From positions 64,001 through 128,000 of the IMG/VR virus record IMGVR_UViG_3300023174_000057: DNA of 64,000 bases; one strand, written 5' to 3'. The stretch comes from a virus. Positions 45,860-54,851 of this stretch are shown piece by piece (positions within the stretch are counted from its first letter, which is position 1; the number at the start of each line of letters is the position of its first letter). The notes under the pieces are model-generated. The model did not search any database. It was not told the origin of the DNA and saw only the letters and a program-made list of their open reading frames with translations. Position numbers and translations under genes: made by a program.

Positions 45860-46294
45860 ATGTCTCTCGCTCGCATCGAAGCCGACATCCTCGCCGCTCA
45901 AGAAGAGGGCAAAGCCGCCATCGCCAAGTACAACGACTACGCGAAGTCGGTGACCGAAGAAGTACACAACCTGCTTCGCCAAGCGGGCCTGTTCGATGCG
46001 ATCAATGCCCTTGAGATGGATCGACTGGAAGTCCGCAAAGAACTTCAAGCCAAGATCGAAGGGGTCAACGCGAAGATCTCAGAGCTTCAGAAGGTACGTT
46101 CTTACCTCGCGGCCCCCGCTCCCGAAGCCCCCGCCCGCGAGGAAGTCTCCGAGGAAGCCCACGAGGACGCCCCGGAAGTCACCCTCGTCGAAGAGCCCGC
46201 CGCCGAGAAGAAGACCCGCAAGAAGAAGACGGCACCCGCTCCCGAGGCACCCGCCCCTGTCGTCGCCCGAAAGCTCGAACGCCCCCAGTTCTGA
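45860..46294 (+). CDS. Coiled-coil protein, possible fibre chaperone
   Basis: Heptad helix; upstream of the fibre gene; alternative start 45776. Confidence 0.55.
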   Translation: MSLARIEADILAAQEEGKAAIAKYNDYAKSVTEEVHNLLRQAGLFDAINALEMDRLEVRKELQAKIEGVNAKISELQKVRSYLAAPAPEAPAREEVSEEAHEDAPEVTLVEEPAAEKKTRKKKTAPAPEAPAPVVARKLERPQF

Positions 46295-46369
46295 TTCTTT
46301 CGGTTCCGCGCCTATACGAGCCCCCCTAGTGTAGATCCGACCCCCCGCGCCTCTTCTCCTATCAGGCCG

Positions 46370-46463
46370 GGACCATCCTATCAGTATCCCCCATCGCCCG
46401 AATGCTTCGGGTGGGGCTGGTAACTGATCCGACTACGACCCCTTCGCGGGTCTAGGATGGTCC
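46370..46463 (+). promoter_or_regulatory. Structured 5' leader (three-way junction) sequestering the RBS of the fibre gene
   Basis: P1 GGACCATCCTA/TAGGATGGTCC (11 bp perfect), P2 TCAGT/ACTGA with CGCCCGAA/TTCGGGTG, P3 GACCC/GGGTC. Confidence 0.5.
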
Positions 46464-46466
46464 ATC

Positions 46467-48926
46467 ATGGCCTCGATTCAGTACAACAAGATCCTCGCAG
46501 TTCCCTCTTCGGGCCTCAAGAACCCGGCGGCTCCCAAGGCCGTTGACAGCCTCGCCCTGTCTCTCGCTGAGACGAGCATTCAGCTCGGCGCGAGCGGCTT
46601 CTTCAAGCTGCTCGACAGCGCGGGCGACAGCCTCCTCAACGCCCAGAACTCGGCCATCTCGTTCGCCCCGGACGCGAGCTTCTCGCAGGACCTCACGGTC
46701 AGCGGCGACACCATCCTCGCGGCCCTCTCGGCCACGAACGCCTCGTTCTCGGGCACGCTCGGCGTGACCGGGGCGTCCACCCTCGGCGTGCTCCACGCGG
46801 GCGCGACGGACGTGGACAGCCTCTCGGTGGACGTGGACGCCTCGGTGGGCGGCGAGCTCACGGTCAGCGGCGACTCGAACCTCGCGGACCTGTACGCGGC
46901 GGCGGCTTCGTTCTCGGGTGACGTGTCCGTCTCGGGCAACCTGACGGTCAACGGCAAGGTCACCACGATCAACTCGGACCAGATCATGGTCCACGATCCG
47001 ATCATGGTGCTGGCCGACGGCAACACGGCGGACACCTTCGACATCGGTTTCGTGGGCAAGCGCAAGAACGGCGCGGCCTTCGAGAACGTGTCGTTCTTCT
47101 ACGACCAGTCGGCGGGCGAGTTCGCCGTCGCCAACGTCGGCACGACCTACGGTCAGGACGGCAGCAACAACTACCAGTCCCTCACCGTGGCGTCCTACAT
47201 GGACCTCCACATCGCGGACCTCGCTGCGGCCAGCGCGGACTTCTCTGCGAACGTGGCGATCTCGGGCACCCTCTCGGCGGGCAACACCACCGTTGCCGAC
47301 CTGACGGCTGAGGACGGCACGTTCTCGGGCGACATCGCAGCGGTCAACGCGACCCTCTCGGGCAACATCTCCGCGGTGGACGGCACGTTCTCGGGCGACA
47401 TCTCGGCGGACGACATCTCGGCGGCGACGGCGACCCTCTCGGGTGCCCTCTCGGCGGCTTCGGCCTCGATCTCTGGCGCGGCCACCATCGGCTCTACGCT
47501 CGACGTGACGGGTGCCCTCTCGGCGGCTTCGGCCAGCATCACGGGCGCGATGTCTTCGGGCTCCGTCTCGACGGGGAACATCAGCGCCACGGGCTCGGCC
47601 ACCGTTGCCGGTGCGCTCTCGGCGGGCGCGACGGACGTGGACAGCCTCGCCGTGGACGGCAACGCCTCGGTGGGTGGGAACATCACCGCCGTCGATGCGA
47701 CCCTCTCGGGTGACCTCGCCGCCGTGGACGCGGCCCTCTCGGGCGACCTCTCGGCGGTTGACGCCACCCTCTCGGGTGACCTCGCCGCCGTGGACGGCAC
47801 GTTCTCGGGCAACCTCGCCGCTGTGGATGCGACCCTCTCGGGTGACCTCGCTGCGGTGGACGCCACCCTCTCGGGCGACCTCGCCGCCGTCGATGCGACC
47901 CTCTCGGGTGACCTCTCGGCTGTGGACGCGGCCCTCTCGGGCAACGCCACCATCGCGGGTACGCTCGGCGTGACGGGAGCCCTCTCGGGCTCTTCGGCCT
48001 CGTTCAGCGCCAACATCGCTGCGGTTGACGCCACCCTCTCGGGCGACCTCGCTGCGGTTGACGCCACCCTCTCGGGCGACCTCACGGTCGCGGGTGCGGC
48101 GGACCTCGACGCCCTCACCGCTTCGGGCGCGGTTCACTTCACGGCGACTGACGATGTCCTCTCCATCACCATCCCCGCGATGGCGGTCACCGAGAACTAC
48201 GCTCTCGAAGTCGAGGGCGGCGTCCACATGGACGGCCACCTCTACCTCGCCAAGACGGGCGGCTCGCTCAACCTGAGCAGTTCTCCCGTCACCCCCGACT
48301 TCATGGTCGATGGCAAGTCGGTCTTCGCCGCGCGTCTGCAATCGGGCTCGGCGTCGAACCCCGACTTCATGGTGAACGGTCACGCCCGGTTCAACTCGGG
48401 CTTCGCGGTGGACAGCGAGGAAGTGGCCTCGATCCGCGTCGGCAACGTGGCGGGCGACGCCATCTCGTTCTCGACGGGCACGGACGGCCACATCCACCTC
48501 GACGCTGCCAAGATCCTCCGTCTCTCGGCGGATCAGGGCATCGCGACGAACCACACCGCGAACGCCTCGGGCGCGGTGGCGGCGAACCTCGCCGTCTCGG
48601 TCAACGCCACGGGGGACTTCGTCGCCGTGCGCGCCAACGAGAAGAACGCCATCGTCCTCGGCGTGTCGCTCGCCAGCATCGCTGGTGCGTCGTCGGCCAA
48701 GGGCAAGGTTGCCGAGTTCGGCAAGGTGGAGATCGCCGTCGAAGGCGGGGCCAGCATCGCCATTGGCGACCTCCTGTACCTGTCGGCCAGCGAGGCGGGC
48801 AAGGTCACGAACGTCGTCCCGGTTGACGCGGACAGCACCGCGTACCTCATGGGCAAGGCCCTCCAAGCCCCCGTCGCGGGCAAGGTCAGCATCGCGCTGC
48901 ACCGCCAGTTCCTCTACAACAACTGA
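46467..48926 (+). CDS. Long fibre/whisker-like virion protein with 11-aa tandem repeats
   Basis: (AVDATLSGDLA)n; VSGNLTVNG; C-terminal GDLLYLS..AGKVT domain. Confidence 0.75.
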   Translation: MASIQYNKILAVPSSGLKNPAAPKAVDSLALSLAETSIQLGASGFFKLLDSAGDSLLNAQNSAISFAPDASFSQDLTVSGDTILAALSATNASFSGTLGVTGASTLGVLHAGATDVDSLSVDVDASVGGELTVSGDSNLADLYAAAASFSGDVSVSGNLTVNGKVTTINSDQIMVHDPIMVLADGNTADTFDIGFVGKRKNGAAFENVSFFYDQSAGEFAVANVGTTYGQDGSNNYQSLTVASYMDLHIADLAAASADFSANVAISGTLSAGNTTVADLTAEDGTFSGDIAAVNATLSGNISAVDGTFSGDISADDISAATATLSGALSAASASISGAATIGSTLDVTGALSAASASITGAMSSGSVSTGNISATGSATVAGALSAGATDVDSLAVDGNASVGGNITAVDATLSGDLAAVDAALSGDLSAVDATLSGDLAAVDGTFSGNLAAVDATLSGDLAAVDATLSGDLAAVDATLSGDLSAVDAALSGNATIAGTLGVTGALSGSSASFSANIAAVDATLSGDLAAVDATLSGDLTVAGAADLDALTASGAVHFTATDDVLSITIPAMAVTENYALEVEGGVHMDGHLYLAKTGGSLNLSSSPVTPDFMVDGKSVFAARLQSGSASNPDFMVNGHARFNSGFAVDSEEVASIRVGNVAGDAISFSTGTDGHIHLDAAKILRLSADQGIATNHTANASGAVAANLAVSVNATGDFVAVRANEKNAIVLGVSLASIAGASSAKGKVAEFGKVEIAVEGGASIAIGDLLYLSASEAGKVTNVVPVDADSTAYLMGKALQAPVAGKVSIALHRQFLYNN
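47688..47945 (+). repeat. 33-bp in-frame tandem repeats in the fibre gene
   Basis: Repeated GTSGAYGCSACCCTCTCGGGYGACCTCGCNGCN units; more copies near 47300-47400 and 48020-48080. Confidence 0.85.
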
Positions 48927-48967
48927 GTGACCCGGTAGCCCTCGCGCTACCGACACTCCCCTGCCGG

Positions 48968-49009
48968 AAAACCTCCCAGAGGCATCGCCCTCTGGGGGGT
49001 TTTCTTTTT
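48968..49009 (+). terminator. Intrinsic terminator
   Basis: AAAACCTCCCAGAGG-CATCGC-CCTCTGGGGGGTTTT then CTTTTT. Confidence 0.8.
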
Positions 49010-49026
49010 ATAGGGCGGGGTGTTCG

Positions 49027-49437
49027 ATGTCCGACGAGAGCGCCCCGCAAGTCAACAAGTACCTTCACATGGGCCTCGGGGAAGCCGTGCGTAGGCTCCT
49101 CGACGTTGAGATCCAGTACCGGCACGGCCAGCGGGGGGAAGCCCTCGTGAAAGAACGCGACCTGATTCTATCGGCCCTGAACCGGGTCGAGCTTCAGCTA
49201 GGGTTCGATTGCAACTCCGATGGGGTGCCCGACACCGTGGAGATTTTTCAGCAAGCTGCGGAAACCTCCTGCTGCCGTATCACCTCGTTCGACCCTCCCG
49301 CCGCGCCCGCCCCCAAGGGGGAGTCCCTCATCGTTCTCGATTCCTCGCGGTCGCCCGACCCCCCCGCGACGGTCGAAACCGTCGCGGAGTCTGAAGGTCT
49401 ATTCGCCCGACTGTTCGGAACAGGTAAGAAGAAATGA
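49027..49437 (+). CDS. Hypothetical protein
   Basis: ORF; DCNSDGVPD Ca-binding-like motif. Confidence 0.65.
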   Translation: MSDESAPQVNKYLHMGLGEAVRRLLDVEIQYRHGQRGEALVKERDLILSALNRVELQLGFDCNSDGVPDTVEIFQQAAETSCCRITSFDPPAAPAPKGESLIVLDSSRSPDPPATVETVAESEGLFARLFGTGKKK

Positions 49438-49718
49438 CCCCCTCGATCCCCTACCTCCTCGCAGCCTACGGGCTCACGTTCGGCCTGCAAAACAAGGCTC
49501 CGTTCCTTCGCGGGAAGTTTCGGTTCACCGATGCTCTGCTGAAGTGCAGCTATTGCACGGGGTTCCACGCAGGGTGGGTCACCTACCTCGCGTCCGTCCC
49601 GCTAGAACACTCGCACCTGACAAGGTGGTCCCTCGTCGCCGCCTTGGTGTGGGCGTTCGCCTCGTCGGCCTTCAGCTACTCCGTGGACACCGCCGTGCGA
49701 CGCTTGGAGACTAAGTAG
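49434..49718 (+). CDS. Small membrane protein (DUF1360-like, holin candidate)
   Basis: Hydrophobic segments; LLKCSYCTGFHAGW. Confidence 0.6.
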   Translation: MTPSIPYLLAAYGLTFGLQNKAPFLRGKFRFTDALLKCSYCTGFHAGWVTYLASVPLEHSHLTRWSLVAALVWAFASSAFSYSVDTAVRRLETK

Positions 49719-49722
49719 CCTC

Positions 49723-50193
49723 GTGCCCCTCGTCGTCATCCCCCGTAACCCGTCTACGTCTACCTCGACGAACGTCGTCATCGACGGGGCCGTGTTCACG
49801 CCCCCCGGCGAACCCCCTATCTCGGGCGGCACGGGAACCCTTCGGTATCTGGGGATGGCCGTCGGTGCCCTCATGGACCCCGCAACGGGACAACTCAACC
49901 TGTTCCCCGTGAGCTCCCGCACGGAAGACAACCCGCAGATGTTCTACGGGTTCCTCACGGGCATGGGCGGGTCGGGAATCATCGTCGCCACGGGGCGGGG
50001 TTCCATCGTCACCCCGCTGTCCGAGGACGAAGGACCCCTTGAACCGGGGAAAGACGTGTTTCTGTCTCTCGTACCCGGCTACGTCACCCAAGGGTACGAG
50101 ATGGAAACCGAAGGCGGGGCGTACCTGCGGATCGGATACGCCCTCGACGGAACCCGCATCGTCCTCGCCACCGACACCCGCATTCAGTTCTGA
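49723..50193 (+). CDS. Putative structural protein
   Basis: GKDVFLSLVPGYVT resembles the fibre C-terminal domain. Confidence 0.6.
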   Translation: MPLVVIPRNPSTSTSTNVVIDGAVFTPPGEPPISGGTGTLRYLGMAVGALMDPATGQLNLFPVSSRTEDNPQMFYGFLTGMGGSGIIVATGRGSIVTPLSEDEGPLEPGKDVFLSLVPGYVTQGYEMETEGGAYLRIGYALDGTRIVLATDTRIQF

Positions 50194-50243
50194 GAGACTG
50201 CCATGACCCCCAGAACACCGCAGAGCCCCTGTAGGAGGAACCC

Positions 50244-51014
50244 ATGTCAGTAGTCTTCAACCCCGGACAGACCATCGGGCAGGGTGATCTAGACATCTTC
50301 CTGACCAACGCGGGCGGGTTCCCGGCGAACGCCTACAGCATCACCTACGCCATCTACTACGTCTCCCCCGGACCGCCTGAGACGGAGGTGCTCATCGGGT
50401 CCGCCACCCGCACGCCCGTCAACCCCACGGTGGGCGAGTACTACGCCTCCCTCACCGTGCCCGCGATGGCGACGCCCGGTGACTATCGCATCCGGTGGAC
50501 GTTCCAGCAGTTCGCGGGTTCGCCCCCGCAACAAGTGGTGATGGAGTGGGGCGTCGTCTCGGCAGGGCTCATCGCCGTGGGTGCGTACAGCACCCTCACC
50601 CAAGGGATGATCGACAAGTTGCGGATTTTACTCCGCGACAACGCTCCAGATCGCAACTACCACTTCAGACCCCCGGAGGCCGAAGGCAACATTGGCGCTT
50701 ACAACCGCGTCTTCGGTTACGTCTGGCAGGACAACGAGCTCTTCGAGTACCTAGAGCGCGGCATGGACTGGTGGAACATGATGCCGCCCTCTACGGGCGG
50801 CTTCACCCTCGACCAGATGGTCCAGCAGAAGCCCGAGTGGCGCACGGCGGTCCTCTGGGACGCCATCACCCACGCTTGCTTCGCCCTCGCGTGCAACTGG
50901 GTCGTTGACGAGTTCTCGGTGAGTTCTGTTACACTACTTCACCTATCCCTGCCCGATGGTAGGAAGGTCGAGGTACCCATTGGCGAGCTCTACGACATCT
51001 GCACCGACGAGTGA
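50244..51014 (+). CDS. Neck/head-tail-connector-like protein, N-terminal half, fused to 32-aa split-intein N fragment
   Basis: GGAGGA SD; KLRILLRD...YVWQDNELFEYLE...NWVVDEF|SVSSVTLLHLSLPDGRKVEVPIGELYD. Confidence 0.72.
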   Translation: MSVVFNPGQTIGQGDLDIFLTNAGGFPANAYSITYAIYYVSPGPPETEVLIGSATRTPVNPTVGEYYASLTVPAMATPGDYRIRWTFQQFAGSPPQQVVMEWGVVSAGLIAVGAYSTLTQGMIDKLRILLRDNAPDRNYHFRPPEAEGNIGAYNRVFGYVWQDNELFEYLERGMDWWNMMPPSTGGFTLDQMVQQKPEWRTAVLWDAITHACFALACNWVVDEFSVSSVTLLHLSLPDGRKVEVPIGELYDICTDE

Positions 51015-52357
51015 CCTGTCTCCCCGTCAAGTGTCCGTTCGGTACGGGTTCAACACCCGCGCCGTGATGGAGCTCATCTATGACGGGGAGCTCGTCCTAC
51101 AGGGCCGCAAGATCACCGCTGCGAGCCTCGCCTCCCTCGTCGAAGGGGAGCACTACGTTCGGTGCCGGGAGTGTGGGGCGTCCGCCGCGATGATCCACTC
51201 GGCACACCTGAAGGCGTGTTCCGGCTTGGTTTCGCTGGGCGAGTACCTAGCGAAGCATCCCGGTGCGCCCGTAATGTCGGAGCGGAACAAGGCCCGGAAA
51301 GCCAAGACCCCGGCACAGCGGGTGGCTCAATCACAGAAGCTCAAGGCCCGGTTCCAGACCGACGAGGGTGAACGCACCCGCCGACAAATTGCAGACGCCT
51401 CGCGGCAGATGCAGTCGTCGGAGTCCGGGCAACGCTGCAAGGACCACCTCCGCAAGATGAACGCGGACCCCGCCGTCAAAGCGCAACGTAGGGCCGACAC
51501 CAAAGCCCGGTGGGAGTCGGGCAACCTTCGTGAGACGGTCGAAGGGTGGCATCGCGAGCACCGCGACGAGTCCCTGTCGTCGGCCCTCCACGCTAGGCGC
51601 TACATCCAGCGAAAGCGTACCAAGCTCCACCTTGGGTTCAAGGCCCTCATGGAGAGCAACGGCCTCACCGGGTTCATCACCGAGCACGAGGTCGGGTACT
51701 ACGCCCTCGACGAAGCCCGCCCCGACTTGAAGATCGCTGTCGAGGTAGACGGCTGCTACTATCACTCTTGTCTCCAATGCGGGCTCAAGGGTCCGGGAGG
51801 CACGCTCCGCACGGACAAGGCCAAGACCACCTACCTGACCCCTCGCGGGTGGACGGTGATCCGCATTTGGGAGCACGACATCAACCGCGACCCTATGGCG
51901 TGCCTAGAACGTATCCGCCGACACATCGCGGACAAGGGACGTGAGAACCATGCTGGATGAAGCAACCCGAGCCGCAATCCGCGAAGCCTACCGAGCGGGC
52001 ACCCTCAAGGTCGAAGCCGTGGACCCCGCGACGGGCGCGGCCTCCCTACAGACCGTCACCGCCGTCCTGAAACACAACACCCACCACAAAGACATGGTGC
52101 GGGTGACGCTGGCGGACGGTCGCTGGGTGGAATGCACCGTGGACCACAGCCTCTTCGCGATGGCCGGGGAAGGCGTCACGCCCGTCCTCGCCGGGGAACT
52201 CCGCGTCGGGTCTGTCATCGCCACGGTGTCCCAAGGGGTAGCCGCGGGCGTCGGAGTCGCTTCGGTGGTAGCCCTACCCCCCGAGGAACACACCTACGAC
52301 CTGTCCGTGCCGGGACCGCAGAACTTCGTCCTCGCCAATGGAATCCTCGCCCACAAC
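50916..52357 (+). mobile_element. Split intein locus: IntN 50916-51011, endonuclease gene, IntC 51950-52357
   Basis: Block A-like start at Ser; block B ECTVDH and blocks F/G TYDLSVPGPQNFVLANGILAHN|S lie in a separate ORF. Confidence 0.85.
50956..51960 (+). CDS. Homing endonuclease: zinc finger + helical repeats + Vsr/DUF559-like nuclease
   Basis: YVRCRECG...HLKAC; LDEARPDLKIAVEVDGCYYH...DKAKTTYL..RGWTVIRIWEHDI; start uncertain. Confidence 0.8.
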   Translation: MVGRSRYPLASSTTSAPTSDLSPRQVSVRYGFNTRAVMELIYDGELVLQGRKITAASLASLVEGEHYVRCRECGASAAMIHSAHLKACSGLVSLGEYLAKHPGAPVMSERNKARKAKTPAQRVAQSQKLKARFQTDEGERTRRQIADASRQMQSSESGQRCKDHLRKMNADPAVKAQRRADTKARWESGNLRETVEGWHREHRDESLSSALHARRYIQRKRTKLHLGFKALMESNGLTGFITEHEVGYYALDEARPDLKIAVEVDGCYYHSCLQCGLKGPGGTLRTDKAKTTYLTPRGWTVIRIWEHDINRDPMACLERIRRHIADKGRENHAG

Positions 52358-52579
52358 TCGTACTCCATCGGTGGCGTCTCGTTGGACATCGAGAAGAGCT
52401 CCAAGTACGAGAGCCTGAAGCAGAACGCTGAGTCACAGTTCGACAAAGCGGCGGAAGCCAAGGCCCGCACCGTCAAGTTCATCCGTGGCATCCAGCAGCC
52501 CAAGTACGGCATCGGTATCCGCTCCAGTTTCGGACCGTTTGTAGGTAGAGGGGTGTTGAGCCCCCGTAATTTCCTTTGA
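51950..52579 (+). CDS. Split-intein C fragment (136 aa) fused to C-terminal half of the neck-like protein
   Basis: ...ILAHN|SYSIGGVSLDIEKSSKYESLK. Confidence 0.85.
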   Translation: MLDEATRAAIREAYRAGTLKVEAVDPATGAASLQTVTAVLKHNTHHKDMVRVTLADGRWVECTVDHSLFAMAGEGVTPVLAGELRVGSVIATVSQGVAAGVGVASVVALPPEEHTYDLSVPGPQNFVLANGILAHNSYSIGGVSLDIEKSSKYESLKQNAESQFDKAAEAKARTVKFIRGIQQPKYGIGIRSSFGPFVGRGVLSPRNFL

Positions 52580-52645
52580 ACCGTTCGTAGGCAGCGGGGT
52601 ATTGACTCCTCGAATCAGAGCCCCCGCCCTCAACGAAAAGTATGG

Positions 52646-52681
52646 TATCGGGGTTGACTTCCCCGATACGGGGCTTACGAT
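52646..52681 (+). promoter_or_regulatory. Sigma70-type promoter with inverted repeat around the -35
   Basis: TATCGGGG-TTGACTT-CCCCGATA; TTGACT-N16-TACGAT; ATG 7 nt downstream. Confidence 0.55.
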
Positions 52682-52688
52682 TCGGGTC

Positions 52689-54170
52689 ATGGAAGACCGA
52701 CCCGAAGCCCCGTGCCCCGCCTGTAAACAATCCGTTCCCCTCAAGGGCCTCGCGAAGCACGCCTCGGGGTGTTCGCAATGGGGCACGCTAGGCGTGCCCG
52801 CGCTCCAGTTCAACTGGGACAGGTACTTCAAGCGCGGCGTCTACGCGGACGGGTTGACGGAGGGCACCGACTACGTTCGGTGCCTAGAGTGCCCGGACGG
52901 GGCGCGGGGAGACCGGGGCCTTCGCTTGATGGATCACGTCAAGAAGGTCCACGGCTTGACGAAAGAGGCGTACATCGAACGGCATCCGGGGGCTCTTCTC
53001 AACGTCCCCGGCACCCTAGAGCGCCGCAAGGCTACAGTATCGGAGCGGTACGACGGGGCGACCAACGTGTTCCAAGTGCCCGACGTGAAGGATCGCATTC
53101 GGGACGTGATGGCCGAGAAGTACGGGGGCATGGGGGTGGGTTCCCCAGAGCTCCGAGCGAGGGTTGAGCAGACGAACGAGGTCCGGTATGGGAGTGCCAA
53201 CCCGTTCGGGTCTGACAAGGTGCAGGAGAAGATTCGGGCGACGTGGCGGGAGAAGTACCAGTGCGACAACCCCAACCAGTCTCCAGAGATCATGGCGAAG
53301 CGTATTGCCACGAACCGCAAGACGCACGGCGCGGATCACTACGTCGAGACCGCCGAGTTCAAGGGGAAGTTCAAGGCGGCGAGCCAAGAGCGGTTCAAGG
53401 CGGACCATCCGATGCAATCGAAAGAGGGGCGCGAGTTGTGGGGTGCCGGATGCGTCGAGAAGCTGGGAGTAGATAACCCTCTCAAAGACCCGGACATCTA
53501 TCAGAAGTCCTACGAGTCCAACCTCACCAACCACGGCGGGAAGCACTCGCAGCAGTGCCCGGAGGTGCTGGAGAAGGCACGGGCGACGTGGCGGGAGAAG
53601 TACAACACGGACAACCCGTCGAAGGTCGAAGCTGTCAAGCAGAAGATCAAGGACGTGTGGGAGGGGAAGTACGGGGTTCCGTTTCCGCCGCAGAGCTTGT
53701 GGCTGAACCAGACGCACTCGTCTCCCAACGGGCTGGAGCGGAAGGTTCAAGCGATGCTGCCCGTGTACGTCCTCTACACGGGTGACAAGACGTACAACGT
53801 GCGGTTGCCCGGTACGGCACGGGACAAGTACCCGGACTTCGTGGTGCTGGCCCCGGATCAGTTGCAAGCCTACCAGTCGGGGACGCCCTTGAAGTCCCTT
53901 CGGATTGAAGCCGCCATCGAGGCGTTTGGTTCGTACTGGCACGGCCCGGAGATGACCGGGGTATCTCGCGAGGACCACTACAACGGGGTCATGGATTACT
54001 ACGCCCGGTGCGGCCTTCGGTGTCTGATCCTGTGGGAGCACGACGTGGACAAGCGACCGGGCGAGGTGGCCGACCGGCTTCGGCGGTTCCTATCCGACGT
54101 GGCGGGGTCTGTAACCCATTCGGGCGTCGGGGCCGACCCGTCTGTTCTGGATTTTTTCCGAGGAGCTTGA
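52689..54170 (+). CDS. Homing-endonuclease-like protein: zinc fingers, multiple T..EKYG..NP repeats, C-terminal PD-(D/E)XK/Vsr-like nuclease
   Basis: YVRCLEC..DHVKKVHGL; ATWREKY..DNP repeats; YPDFVV...IEAFGSYWHG...CLILWE. Confidence 0.78.
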   Translation: MEDRPEAPCPACKQSVPLKGLAKHASGCSQWGTLGVPALQFNWDRYFKRGVYADGLTEGTDYVRCLECPDGARGDRGLRLMDHVKKVHGLTKEAYIERHPGALLNVPGTLERRKATVSERYDGATNVFQVPDVKDRIRDVMAEKYGGMGVGSPELRARVEQTNEVRYGSANPFGSDKVQEKIRATWREKYQCDNPNQSPEIMAKRIATNRKTHGADHYVETAEFKGKFKAASQERFKADHPMQSKEGRELWGAGCVEKLGVDNPLKDPDIYQKSYESNLTNHGGKHSQQCPEVLEKARATWREKYNTDNPSKVEAVKQKIKDVWEGKYGVPFPPQSLWLNQTHSSPNGLERKVQAMLPVYVLYTGDKTYNVRLPGTARDKYPDFVVLAPDQLQAYQSGTPLKSLRIEAAIEAFGSYWHGPEMTGVSREDHYNGVMDYYARCGLRCLILWEHDVDKRPGEVADRLRRFLSDVAGSVTHSGVGADPSVLDFFRGA

Positions 54171-54173
54171 GAC

Positions 54174-54746
54174 ATGGATTCATTCATCCGTCCGTCACCA
54201 ATTCGCGCGGTTCACTTCGCCAAGCAGAACGTCACCGAGACGCTTCGGGAGGTGTGGGACGAGGAGGGGGTGATGTACCAAGGGCAAATTCCATCCGGCG
54301 TCAAGGTGGGCGACCCGTTGGTGGTGCGACCCAGTGAGAGGGAGACGTGGTGGTTGGTCGTCGGGGGCACCGAGAGCGACCTCCGGGCTCGAAGGTGCCG
54401 CGCCCGGATCACCTTGATCCGTGACCGGGACGAGGTGGAGTACCTTCAGGGGGAGGTTGAGACGGCCCTGTTGCGGTTTGCTTCCCGCGAGTTCCCGTCG
54501 TATCGGGTAACGGTCGAACGGGACCGGGCTCCGCAGCGCGGGGCCACCCTGTTCGCCGTAGGCCCGGAGAAGCCTTTGCACTACGGGTCTGGGGGGAAGC
54601 TGTCGAAGGGGTGGGCGAACCTCGTTCTTGGGGACATCCCTCACGAGCGGGACGCGAAGCACCCTTACGTCAGTTCGATCAAAGTGGCCGACGTGGGCAC
54701 CGAGGACGGTCTTCGGAAGTACCGGATTCGGGCCGATGTTCTCTGA
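54174..54746 (+). CDS. Hypothetical protein
   Basis: GAGGAG SD; ORF. Confidence 0.6.
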   Translation: MDSFIRPSPIRAVHFAKQNVTETLREVWDEEGVMYQGQIPSGVKVGDPLVVRPSERETWWLVVGGTESDLRARRCRARITLIRDRDEVEYLQGEVETALLRFASREFPSYRVTVERDRAPQRGATLFAVGPEKPLHYGSGGKLSKGWANLVLGDIPHERDAKHPYVSSIKVADVGTEDGLRKYRIRADVL

Positions 54747-54851
54747 CATCGGCATCCAGTGTTTGATCCTGTGGGAGTCCGAGGTGAAGACCGACCCCGA
54801 GGGTGTGGGCGATGGTCCAACCCTGTACGCCCGTGGGCGTAACGTCTACCG

